Positions 8,889-16,929 of a stretch of DNA of 64,000 nucleotides are shown one piece after another. Every line of letters starts with the position of its first letter. Within the stretch, counting starts at the first letter, position 1. The notes under the pieces were generated by a model. It worked only from the letters and a program-made list of their open reading frames with translations. It was not told the origin of the DNA and did not search any database. Both the position numbers and the translations under genes were made by a program. The DNA is from Ilumatobacteraceae bacterium (GTDB taxonomy: Bacteria > Actinomycetota > Acidimicrobiia > Acidimicrobiales > Ilumatobacteraceae), in the NCBI GenBank assembly GCA_965230015.1, contig CBDDKF010000015.1, positions 47,393 to 111,392 on the forward strand, read 5' to 3'.

Positions 8889-9709
8889 ATGTCGAACGCC
8901 GAGTTGAAGCCGAACCGTCCAGTCCGGATCGCGGTCCAGTTGCACCCCCAACACGCCGACTACAGCGCACTACGCGATGCCGTGATGCGTGCGGAGTCGA
9001 TGGGTGTCGACGTCGCCTACAACTGGGACCACTTCTTCCCGCTGTACGGCGACGCCGACGGCAAGCATTTCGAAGCGTGGACGATGCTCGCCGCGTGGGC
9101 CGAGCAGACCTCGTCGATCGAGATCGGCTGCCTCGTCACCTGCAACTCGTACCGCAACCCAGAGCTGCTCGCCGACATGGCCCGCACGGTCGACCACATC
9201 AGCGACGGTCGGTTGATTCTCGGGATGGGTTCGGGGTGGTTCCAGCGCGACTACGACGAGTACGGCTACGAGTTCGGCACGGCTGGTTCACGTCTCGACG
9301 CGCTCGGCGAGAACCTGCCACGCATCGAGGCGCGGTGGTCGGCGCTCAATCCGGCGCCGACCCGCGACATCCCGATCCTGATCGGCGGCACCGGGCGACG
9401 CAAGACGTTGCGTCACGTCGCCCGTCATGCGGCGATGTGGCACGCGTTGTTCCCGGAACAGCCCGACGACCTGCGCAGTGCGGTCGACGCGCTGCGCGGC
9501 TGGTGCAACGAGTTCGATCGCGACCCGGCCGATATCGAGTGGGGCATCGGACTTCAGCCGGGCGACTCGAATCGTGTGTTCGACGAGCACGCCGGCGAGT
9601 ACCTGTCGCGGGATTCACCCAGTTCACGTTCGGCACGAACGGCCCCGACTACTCCTTCGACGGGCTGGAACGGTGGCTCGCGTGGCGGGACGAGATCAGC
9701 GGCGGCTGA
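8889..9709 (+). pseudogene. LLM-class (luciferase-like, probably F420-dependent) oxidoreductase with an apparent frameshift near 9600-9612
   Basis: The N-terminal 240 aa (…YNWDHFFPLYGD…LILGMGSGWFQRDYDEYGYEFG…IPILIGGTGRRKTLRHVARHAAMWH) are in frame 0. The expected C-terminus (AGFTQFTFGTNGPDYSFDGLERWLAWRDEISGG-stop at 9709) is in frame 2 (ORF 8867-9709). After position ~9610, frame 0 becomes low-complexity nonsense. The 821-nt length is not a multiple of 3. Confidence 0.65.
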
Positions 9710-9733
9710 CCGGCGAGCGTCGCCGCCCGGCCA

Positions 9734-10441
9734 TCAATCGGCCGCGAGGGCGCTGGCGATGATCGACCAGACGTCGGGGTCCACGCCGAGCCCGAAGTGC
9801 GACGAGCCGACCTCGACATGGCGAATGTTGGTCGCCCACGGGTCGACGCACGCTTTCCAATCGACCACCCCGTCGGCCTTGGTGTAGATCGCCGTCGTCG
9901 GGAGCGCCAACGGATCGTTGCGATTGGCATCGTCTTGCATCTCGGCGATGCGGGCGCACTCGTCGGCACCGAACCGACTCGCTCCTGCGGTGAAGCTAGG
10001 TCCGCCCTGCGCCGGAGTACCGAACGTCACCAGCCGATCGACGAGATCGGGGCGGTTGCGCGCCGTTTCGCGGGCGATGACGCCGCCCAACGACCAGCCG
10101 ACCAATGCTGCGGGTCGACCATCGCCGCCCGCCACGAGTTCCTCGAGCACCGGTTCGAAGCGCTCGACGGTTGCCTCGACGTCGCTCCCATTCCTTCCGA
10201 GTTGCCACGGCACCGCGGTGTGGCCCAGCGAATTGAGGTACCAGCGCAGCGGCGCCAGGCTCTCCGACCCCGTCAACCACCCAGGAATGTCGACGACGAG
10301 CCGTCCGTCGCCGCGCGGCGCCCGTCGCAGATCGACGCTCTGGCGCAGCAAGCGGAACGGCTGAAGTGCCGTCGTCCACTCCGCAGCAAGACGATTGCGG
10401 GCGGGCGGACCGGCTGGCGACTCGGTGGTGGGCAGTTCCAT
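9734..10441 (-). CDS. Alpha/beta hydrolase (lipase/esterase-like)
   Basis: Nucleophile elbow LVGWSLGGVIA, and overall size typical of the fold. The start is uncertain (ATG 10441, 10456 or 10483). 10441 is chosen so the twin palindromes stay intergenic. The rest of ORF 9734-11020 is antisense to the TetR gene. Confidence 0.65.
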   Translation of the reverse strand: MELPTTESPAGPPARNRLAAEWTTALQPFRLLRQSVDLRRAPRGDGRLVVDIPGWLTGSESLAPLRWYLNSLGHTAVPWQLGRNGSDVEATVERFEPVLEELVAGGDGRPAALVGWSLGGVIARETARNRPDLVDRLVTFGTPAQGGPSFTAGASRFGADECARIAEMQDDANRNDPLALPTTAIYTKADGVVDWKACVDPWATNIRHVEVGSSHFGLGVDPDVWSIIASALAAD

Positions 10442-10483
10442 GACGCTGTCATGCATGAGTGCATTCAACCATGACGCTGTCAT
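10440..10483. promoter_or_regulatory. Two copies of palindrome ATGAC-gct-GTCAT (candidate TetR operator pair)
   Basis: The identical 15-mer CCATGACGCTGTCAT occurs at 10438-10452 and 10469-10483. Each contains a 5-3-5 palindrome. It lies between the hydrolase gene (-) and the TetR gene (+, GTG 10493). Confidence 0.55.
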
Positions 10484-10492
10484 ACTTGCAAC

Positions 10493-11131
10493 GTGACCCG
10501 AGCCGCAACGAACACGAGCGCCACATCGCCGGCCAGAGGACGACGCCCGGCCGTCGATGCCGGAACCGTGCTCGATGCCGCCGAGACACTGCTCGACCAC
10601 GACGGTTTCGACGGGATCTCGGTTCGGCGACTGGCCGATGCGGTGGGCGTGTCGCGCCAAGTCGTGTACACGCACTTCGGCGGGATGAACGGGTTGCTCG
10701 ATGCACTGCACGAGCGCCTGTCGAGGCGACTCACCGAGGCGATGGACGCCGTCGACGCCACACCGGGAACCACCGAGTACCTCCTCGCTGGCGCAGCCGG
10801 CTACCGACACGCGGCGCGACGATGGCCCGAGCTGTACCAACTCGTGTTCGAGCGTCCCGTGCCCGACTACGTCGTAGGGACCGACACCGCCGCGGCCAGC
10901 GTGCGCTCGTTCGAACCGATCGTCACCATGTCCGGCGACTGGCTCCGCACGCATGGCCAACCCGATGCGACCCGCATCAACGCGATCGACCTGGCGCGCT
11001 CGATGTGGTCGTCGCTGCACGGGTTCATCGTGCTGGAGCGCGTTGGATTCGCCACCGAGCCGGAGACCGACCGCCTGTCGCAGCGGGCGATCGAAGCGTT
11101 GCTCAGAGGGTGGACGGCCCGCTCGACGTAA
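10493..11131 (+). CDS. TetR/AcrR family transcriptional regulator
   Basis: HTH ISVRRLADAVGVSRQVVYTHFGGMNGLL. Confidence 0.8.
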   Translation: MTRAATNTSATSPARGRRPAVDAGTVLDAAETLLDHDGFDGISVRRLADAVGVSRQVVYTHFGGMNGLLDALHERLSRRLTEAMDAVDATPGTTEYLLAGAAGYRHAARRWPELYQLVFERPVPDYVVGTDTAAASVRSFEPIVTMSGDWLRTHGQPDATRINAIDLARSMWSSLHGFIVLERVGFATEPETDRLSQRAIEALLRGWTARST

Positions 11132-11209
11132 CTCGCGCCACAGCGTGCACGGCGCAGCCGTGCTCGCTACTGTCGGCGCAGCGGGCGCTGATCGAGAAGA
11201 GCTGCTGGG

Positions 11210-13831
11210 ATGGCCGAGCGCCAGAATTCGACGAGCCGTGACCGTTCATCGCCGGCCGCTGCGCGGTGGAGCCCCGACCGCTGGGACCATCCGGACGAGC
11301 GCTACTTCCTGATCGACGATGAGGGGTGGGCGATTCCGTTCGAGCACGGCACCGGCCGCGCGCCGACGCTCGCAGCCCGTCGTCGGCTAACCCGCCGGCG
11401 CGTGTCGGTCGCCCGTTGGGCATCGTCGCTCGCCGCCGCGTTGGTGATCGCCATTGCCCCATCATCGGTGGTGTTCGGTGACGACGCAGGGCCCACCGAC
11501 ATCGCCGGCACCCCGCTCGGGGCCCACGCCGAAACCACCGACACGGCACCCGTGCCCGCTCCGCAGTTCGACTCGGCTGGGCGCCAGGTGGTCAGGATCG
11601 CCGTGGTCGCCGATTCGTTCGGCGTCGGCGAGGGCGCCGAACGCTACGTCGGTGACGACGCCCGCCACATCTCCGAGGTTGGACCGGTACCGGCCGCGGT
11701 GGCGGGACTGATGGCGGCCAATCCCGACGTGGTGTTCGAGGTGGTGGTGGTCGGATCGTCGGGCGCGACCACACTCGACGTGTACGCGCCGCAAATGGAC
11801 GGAGACCGGGCGCGCAATCACGCGCAGATCTCGACGTTGCCCACCGACGTCGACATGGTCGTGGTGCAGCTCGGCGGCAACGACGCACAGTTCGGGCCGG
11901 TGGTCGGCGACTTCGCCTTCGACGACTATCCCGATGACGAGGCCGCCGAAGGCGTGCTGCGCGATCACGGGTCGCTCGATGTGACCGAGCCGGTCGGTGC
12001 CCTGGATGCCGCCGAACAGATCCGTGAGGCTGACGCGAGCGGCGACCCACCAACACCGCCCGCCTCGCTTGCCGCGCGGATCGAGATGGTGATCGGCGAC
12101 CTACGCGAGGTGGTCGGCGACGTTCCCATCGTGGTCAACTCGTACCCCCTGGCTGTCGACGACCAGCTCATCGGCGACGACGAGCCGTTCGACGACGGGG
12201 CGATGATGGACCCGCCCGAGCTGCGGCAGATGGAGGTGCTCGGCACGCGGGTCAACGAACAACAACGAGTCGGCGCGCTGCGCGCGGGCGCCACATGGGT
12301 CGACCAATCGACGGTGCTCGAGGGCCACGAGCTGTACTCCGAAGATCCATACGTTCGCGATCTGCTGTTCCCGGCCGACCGCGAGCTCGACCGGCAAGAA
12401 GCGGCGCACCCCAACGCCGACGGCGCGATGGCGCAAGCTGGCCGCCTCGCACCGGTACTTGCCGAGCGCCTCGGCTTGGAACCACCCGGCGACGGGCCGT
12501 ACGACCTCGATGCCTACCCCGTGGAACCGATCGTGCCGCCGACGCCAACCTACGAGGGCTGGCCGTGGAACCGAGAGATGGTGCCGCCCGAGCGCATCGA
12601 ACTGCCCCCGCGCTTCGACGAACAGCCGGCGCCAGAGGTGTCGCCGACCGCGCCCAACGCACCCACGACGCCGGATGCTGCGCCAGCGGCGCCCACGATC
12701 AACGCCGCAACCGACGACCCGCCGAGCCAACCCGACGCGCCATCTGCTCCGCCCCCGCCAACCCCCGACCAGCCACCGCAACTACCGCCGCCTGCGGCAC
12801 CCGCCGACCCACCGCCCGACCCGGCACCCGCCGACCCACCGCCCGACCCGGCAGAGCCAGCTCCCCCGGCGCCACACCCGCCGGAACCAGCCGAGCCGGC
12901 CGCACCGCCGGCTGACGACCCGGCGCCGACGCCGATCGGCTTCGACCCGGGGAGTGGCGCGCCAGCCGACCCGCCACCAGGACCCTCGCCAGTGATGCCC
13001 GCACCCGAAGCGCCAGCGCCGAGCGGTCCCACAGGGCCCGCGGCGATCGACGTCGACGACGACATCCCAGAGCCGCCGACCGACGAACCATCGAACGACG
13101 ACTGGGACGGCCCCGACTCGACCGACGAAACGCCGGCGCCGCCATCGCCATCAACGTCACCACCATCAACGTCACCACCTGCATCCCCGTCAACGACACC
13201 ATTCCCGGCACCGGCGCCGGCGCCGCCGGTGTCCAACGACGTACCCGACGTGGTCAAGCCCGACGACGACGACCGCGACGACGATGACGACCGCGACGAC
13301 GATGACGACCGCGACGACGATGATGATGACGACGATCGCGACGACGAACGCGACGAACACACCAACAACGACACCCAGAGCCCCCCGCCGACGTCGAACC
13401 AGCCACCGACCGTGCACGACGAGCCGCCGCAGGCGCCGTCGCCTCCGACGGTCGACTCGTCGAGCGGATGGTCGGCCAGCGACGATGACGACGGTGGGTA
13501 CGACCCGCCGTCCGTACCCGAACCACCCTCACGACCCGACCCGCCGTCCGCACCGGAGCCGCCCTCACGACCCGAGCCCCCGTCCGCACCGGAGCCACCC
13601 TCACGACCCGAGCCGCCGTCCGCATCCGAACCGCCCTCACCGCCGGCACGACCGGACCCGCCATCGCGACCGGACCCACCGTCACCACCATCACCACCGG
13701 ATCCGCCATCGCCACCGGATCCGCCGGCCGCTCCGGACGACGACTGGACGAGCGAGTGGGACCACGACGGCGACTGGGATCCCAACCCGTCGCCCAGCTC
13801 GAATCCGTTCGACGGATGGTTCGGCGTCTGA
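11210..13831 (+). CDS. Membrane-anchored/secreted SGNH (GDSL-like) hydrolase with a ~450-aa Pro-rich, poly-acidic low-complexity C-terminal region
   Basis: Hydrophobic anchor WASSLAAALVIAIAP. SGNH block I IAVVADSFGVGEG, block III VVVQLGGNDAQF, block V EAAHPNADG. Then PAPxDPPP stretches, DDDRDDDDDRDDDDDRDDDDDDDDRDDERDEH, and PPSxPEPPSRPE repeats. Confidence 0.7.
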   Translation: MAERQNSTSRDRSSPAAARWSPDRWDHPDERYFLIDDEGWAIPFEHGTGRAPTLAARRRLTRRRVSVARWASSLAAALVIAIAPSSVVFGDDAGPTDIAGTPLGAHAETTDTAPVPAPQFDSAGRQVVRIAVVADSFGVGEGAERYVGDDARHISEVGPVPAAVAGLMAANPDVVFEVVVVGSSGATTLDVYAPQMDGDRARNHAQISTLPTDVDMVVVQLGGNDAQFGPVVGDFAFDDYPDDEAAEGVLRDHGSLDVTEPVGALDAAEQIREADASGDPPTPPASLAARIEMVIGDLREVVGDVPIVVNSYPLAVDDQLIGDDEPFDDGAMMDPPELRQMEVLGTRVNEQQRVGALRAGATWVDQSTVLEGHELYSEDPYVRDLLFPADRELDRQEAAHPNADGAMAQAGRLAPVLAERLGLEPPGDGPYDLDAYPVEPIVPPTPTYEGWPWNREMVPPERIELPPRFDEQPAPEVSPTAPNAPTTPDAAPAAPTINAATDDPPSQPDAPSAPPPPTPDQPPQLPPPAAPADPPPDPAPADPPPDPAEPAPPAPHPPEPAEPAAPPADDPAPTPIGFDPGSGAPADPPPGPSPVMPAPEAPAPSGPTGPAAIDVDDDIPEPPTDEPSNDDWDGPDSTDETPAPPSPSTSPPSTSPPASPSTTPFPAPAPAPPVSNDVPDVVKPDDDDRDDDDDRDDDDDRDDDDDDDDRDDERDEHTNNDTQSPPPTSNQPPTVHDEPPQAPSPPTVDSSSGWSASDDDDGGYDPPSVPEPPSRPDPPSAPEPPSRPEPPSAPEPPSRPEPPSASEPPSPPARPDPPSRPDPPSPPSPPDPPSPPDPPAAPDDDWTSEWDHDGDWDPNPSPSSNPFDGWFGV
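13271..13324 (+). repeat. 3 x 18-bp tandem repeat (GACCGCGACGACGATGAC) encoding DRDDDD units
   Basis: Read directly. Two perfect copies plus one with a single change, inside the SGNH hydrolase gene. Confidence 0.85.
13505..13612 (+). repeat. 3 x 36-bp tandem repeat encoding PPS(V/A)PEPPSRP(D/E)
   Basis: In-frame 12-aa units read directly. Degenerate copies continue to about 13740. Confidence 0.85.
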
Positions 13832-14341
13832 TCAGCCGCGCTCGACCACGCCGGCGGCCCCGAGCGGATCGCGAACGAGCGTCATCAGCGACATACCGAG
13901 CCCATACGTGTGCACCCGTGCAGGCACCTCCACTCGGATGAAGCATCCCTCGGGCAGATCGAGTTCACCGTGCCCGGTGATCGAGCCGAGCCTGCCGGCA
14001 GCGACGAGGGTCGTGATCTCGGGGCCTTCAGCATCGAGCAACTCCGCGCGACCTTGGAACTGCACAGCCGAGGGTGGAGCACCAACCGGTACGCGGCGGA
14101 TCGGCACCACTACAGCGGCGTACGGATTCGCCGCCACGTTGCGTGCCTTGCGGCTCGTCCGCAGCGTGCTCACGTAGAGCGCGTCGTCGACGTATTCGTA
14201 CAGCACGCCGGCGACGTGCGGGCGACCGGCATTCGACGTGGTGGCCAGCGTGGCATACGACCGCTTGGCGATGGCCCGCATCACCGCTGCGGCGTCGGGG
14301 CGATGGAGGGTTGCTGACTGGGGAACAGTAGTTGTTGACAT
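13832..14341 (-). CDS. Pyridoxamine 5'-phosphate oxidase-like (FMN/F420-binding split-barrel) family protein
   Basis: YATLATTSNAGRPHVAGVLY…LYVSTLRTSRKARNVAANP is typical of the PNPOx-like fold. Its stop abuts the stop of the convergent SGNH gene (TGA-TCA). Confidence 0.65.
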   Translation of the reverse strand: MSTTTVPQSATLHRPDAAAVMRAIAKRSYATLATTSNAGRPHVAGVLYEYVDDALYVSTLRTSRKARNVAANPYAAVVVPIRRVPVGAPPSAVQFQGRAELLDAEGPEITTLVAAGRLGSITGHGELDLPEGCFIRVEVPARVHTYGLGMSLMTLVRDPLGAAGVVERG

Positions 14342-14422
14342 GATCTCATCGAAACACCGGGTGAAGAGACTTGGAATAGTTCAGAAGCTCAATTCCATAA
14401 TTGATCGTCTACGATTGCTCTC

Positions 14423-15364
14423 ATGGATCCGCTCACCGGTTTGCTCGACAGCCCGCGTGCGCGTGGGGCGTTCGTGATCCGGATGGTGATGGAACCGCCG
14501 TGGGGCGTGCGTGTGCTCGATCGGGCACCGCTCACGATCGCCGCCGTCACCGCTGGCGAGGCATGGGTGTCGCCGAGCGTTGGCGAGCCTCGCCCCCTGC
14601 GCCGGGGCGAGATCGCCGTCTGCCGCGGCCCCGACCCATACGACCTCGCCGATCGGCCCGAGACTGCACCCGAGGTGATCGTCCATCCGGGGCAGCGCTG
14701 CGAGGACCGGTCCGGCCGTTCGCTCGAAGAGCCCTTCATGCGTGGCGTGCGCACCTGGGGCAACTCGCCCGACGGCGAACTCGAGATGATCATCGGGACC
14801 TACGAACACCTCGGCGAGTCGGGACGGCGTCTGCTCGACGCCCTTCCGCCCTTTCTGGTCGTCGATCGCAACGACGTCGGGCCGGCAGCGCTCGACCTGC
14901 TCGCCACCGAACTCACCCGGGATGCTCCCGGACAGACGCTCGTGCTCGACCGGCTCCTCGACCTGGTGACCGTGTCGGTACTCCGCTACTGGTTCGATCG
15001 TCACGGCGACGATGCTCCCGGCTGGTGGCGGGCCGCAACCGATCCGGTGGTGGGACCCGCGCTGCGGCTTCTGCAACACAATCCGGGACACGGTTGGACG
15101 GTGGCCGAGGTGGCGTCGGAGGTGGGTGTCTCCCGTGCATTGCTCGCTCGGCGCTTCAACGAGTTGGTCGGCCAGCCCCCGATGCAGTTTCTCACCGAGT
15201 GGCGGTTGGCCCTGGCGGCCGATCTGCTACTCGAGCCCGACAGCACGGTGCAGGCGGTCGCCGCACAGGTGGGATACGGCAGCGGGTTCGCGCTGAGCAC
15301 TGCGTTCAAGCGAGCGCACGGCCTGACCCCCACCGAGTACCGGGCGCGCACGCTCGCGGCGTGA
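14423..15364 (+). CDS. AraC family transcriptional regulator (cupin-type sensor plus AraC HTH)
   Basis: C-terminal double HTH: WTVAEVASEVGVSRALLARRFNELVGQPPMQFLTEWRLALAADLL and VAAQVGYGSGFALSTAFKRAHGLTPTEYR. Confidence 0.85.
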   Translation: MDPLTGLLDSPRARGAFVIRMVMEPPWGVRVLDRAPLTIAAVTAGEAWVSPSVGEPRPLRRGEIAVCRGPDPYDLADRPETAPEVIVHPGQRCEDRSGRSLEEPFMRGVRTWGNSPDGELEMIIGTYEHLGESGRRLLDALPPFLVVDRNDVGPAALDLLATELTRDAPGQTLVLDRLLDLVTVSVLRYWFDRHGDDAPGWWRAATDPVVGPALRLLQHNPGHGWTVAEVASEVGVSRALLARRFNELVGQPPMQFLTEWRLALAADLLLEPDSTVQAVAAQVGYGSGFALSTAFKRAHGLTPTEYRARTLAA

Positions 15365-15373
15365 GCGCCCCCG

Positions 15374-15751
15374 TCAGTAGTTGAACACCAGCGCGCCGCC
15401 TTGCGTGTACTCGTACACGCTCGGCGCGCCCACCACCTCGACGTTCTTCGTCCAGGTGGCGCCCGTGAGATTGCGCAGCTTGACGCAGACGGGGCAGGCA
15501 AAGAAGCGGCCGCCACGCTCGACGAACTCGGCGTGCAGGTCGGCGATCGCCGGCGCGCCGGGAACACCGATCTGCTCCGCGGCGCCATCGACTGCGATGT
15601 CCACACCGTCCTTGGTGAGCCACAGCACGGCGTCCTTGCCCGCGCGCAACGCTTCGACGCTCATCAGGTAGGCGATGAGCACGCTCTCGGGTTCGTCGGC
15701 ACCGTGGGTCAGTCCGACGAGGACCTTCTGATCGGTTGCGGTGGTCATCAC
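15374..15751 (-). CDS. DsrE/DsrF-like (COG2210-type) sulfur-relay family protein
   Basis: A 125-aa protein: VLVGLTHGADEPESV…LWLTKDGV…FFACPVCVKLR fits the DsrE-fold small-protein pattern. A 4-nt ATGA overlap with the upstream small ORF indicates coupling. Confidence 0.6.
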   Translation of the reverse strand: MMTTATDQKVLVGLTHGADEPESVLIAYLMSVEALRAGKDAVLWLTKDGVDIAVDGAAEQIGVPGAPAIADLHAEFVERGGRFFACPVCVKLRNLTGATWTKNVEVVGAPSVYEYTQGGALVFNY

Positions 15752-16008
15752 GCTGCGGCGGGCCGGTTCTGGATCAGCAAGTGGTGACGCCAGGCGCCGG
15801 GGTTGCGCACGGTGCGGCCGACGTCACGGCACCACTCGATCAAGCTGCGCCGGTTGTCGCGGTCGCAGGGCACGGCGAGAACGGCGCCATCGGTCATGTG
15901 GTCGAACGAGTGCTCGACGGCACGATGGAAGTCACGGGTGGCACCGAAGGGAGCCGAGAGCACGACGGCGTCGTAGCTCATGTGGGTGGGGGCGGTGGTG
16001 GTGAACAT
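15748..16008 (-). CDS. Small hypothetical protein (86 aa), weakly TusA-like but lacking the CPxP active-site motif
   Basis: RBS-like AAAGGAAA lies upstream of ATG 16008. MTDGAVLAVPCDRDNRRSLIEWCRDVGRTV resembles the second half of TusA/SirA proteins. Low-confidence assignment. Confidence 0.4.
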   Translation of the reverse strand: MFTTTAPTHMSYDAVVLSAPFGATRDFHRAVEHSFDHMTDGAVLAVPCDRDNRRSLIEWCRDVGRTVRNPGAWRHHLLIQNRPAAA

Positions 16009-16053
16009 TGGTCGTTTCCTTTCAGGGGATTGGTGGGTGTGAGAGATGGGTGT

Positions 16054-16860
16054 TCAGCCCGGCTTGCGAGCGATGAACGGATAGCCGTGGACGTCGAAGT
16101 TGCGGGCGTTGGCTTCGCCTCCCGCACCGCCGAACGTGTCGACTGGCGCTCCGATGCGCACGTCGACGAAACCGGCGGCTTCGAGCAGTGACTGCCAGCC
16201 TGCGCACGGCAGGCCTCCGGCGATTCAACCGGTCCACAAGTCGATGTGCCGCTACGCTTCCTCGGGCACTGGACGGCCGTTGGCGATGTCGGCGAACTGG
16301 ACGACGCCACCTGGCCGGAGCACCCGGAACACCTCGGCGAACACCGCGTGCTTGTCGGGGGCCAGGTTGATCACGCCGTTGGAGATCACGACATCGACCG
16401 ATGCGTCATCGAAGGGCAGTTCCTCGATGTAGCCCTCGCGGAACTCGACGTTGTTGAGGTCGAGATGCTGCGCCGTGTCACGGGCCTTGGTGAGCATTGC
16501 GGGCGTCATGTCGATGCCGACGACCTGCCCGGTTGGGCCCACGGCATGAGCAGCGAGGAACGCATCCATTCCTGCGCCCGAACCGAGGTCGACGACACGT
16601 TCGCCTGCTTCGAGGCAACGCAGCTCGAACGGGTTGGCCACGCCGGCGAACGACTCGACCGCCACGTCGGGCAGGATCTCGATGTCGGTCGCGGCGTACC
16701 GGCACCGATCGGCGATGAACCGTCCGGTGTGGAAGTGGAAGTCACCAGCGGGTTCGATGGCGACGGCGGCGTACTTGGCCTGTACCTCGGTGCGCAGTTC
16801 GCACACGTCGACGACGTCGGGCGAGGCGCTGAAGTTGGCGTGTTCGGTCATGGCGAACAC
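16054..16860 (-). pseudogene. ArsM-like class I SAM methyltransferase whose frame continues through TAG (16252-16254) and TGA (16225-16227); either a pseudogene or a recoded (selenocysteine) gene
   Basis: SAM motif VVDLGSGAGMDAF, then VDVVISNGVINLAPDK…LRPGGVVQFADI. The same frame continues PVPEEA-TAG-RHIDLWTG-TGA-IAGGLPCAGWQSLLEAAGFVDVRIGAP…FIARKPG-stop at 16054. The TGA aligns with the Cys of the ArsM LW.GC(I/L)AGA motif. Confidence 0.6.
16198..16214 (-). other. Candidate SECIS-like hairpin GCCUGC-CGUGC-GCAGGC, 10 nt downstream of the in-frame UGA of the ArsM-like gene
   Basis: 6-bp GC stem and 5-nt loop with G at the second loop position, read directly on the minus strand. Confidence 0.4.
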
Positions 16861-16929
16861 GTTCGTCGAGGACCCTTCCCCGATCCTTCCGCCTTCGCGA
16901 TTCAGCGGGGAAGGGCGCGAATCACCTGC

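Noticed and set aside
14342-14422. AT-richer gap with a weak 5-bp inverted repeat (GGAAT…ATTCC) between the PNPOx-like and AraC genes.
   Set aside because: The arms are too short and the spacer too long to distinguish from chance. It is probably just the divergent promoter region.
1121-16254. In-frame TAG codons as pyrrolysine or a reassigned sense codon.
   Set aside because: Neighbouring well-defined genes terminate with TAG (4646-4648, 7265-7267, 8036-8038). No pyl genes or methylamine methyltransferases are present in the window. A nonsense mutation or a base-call error is more parsimonious.
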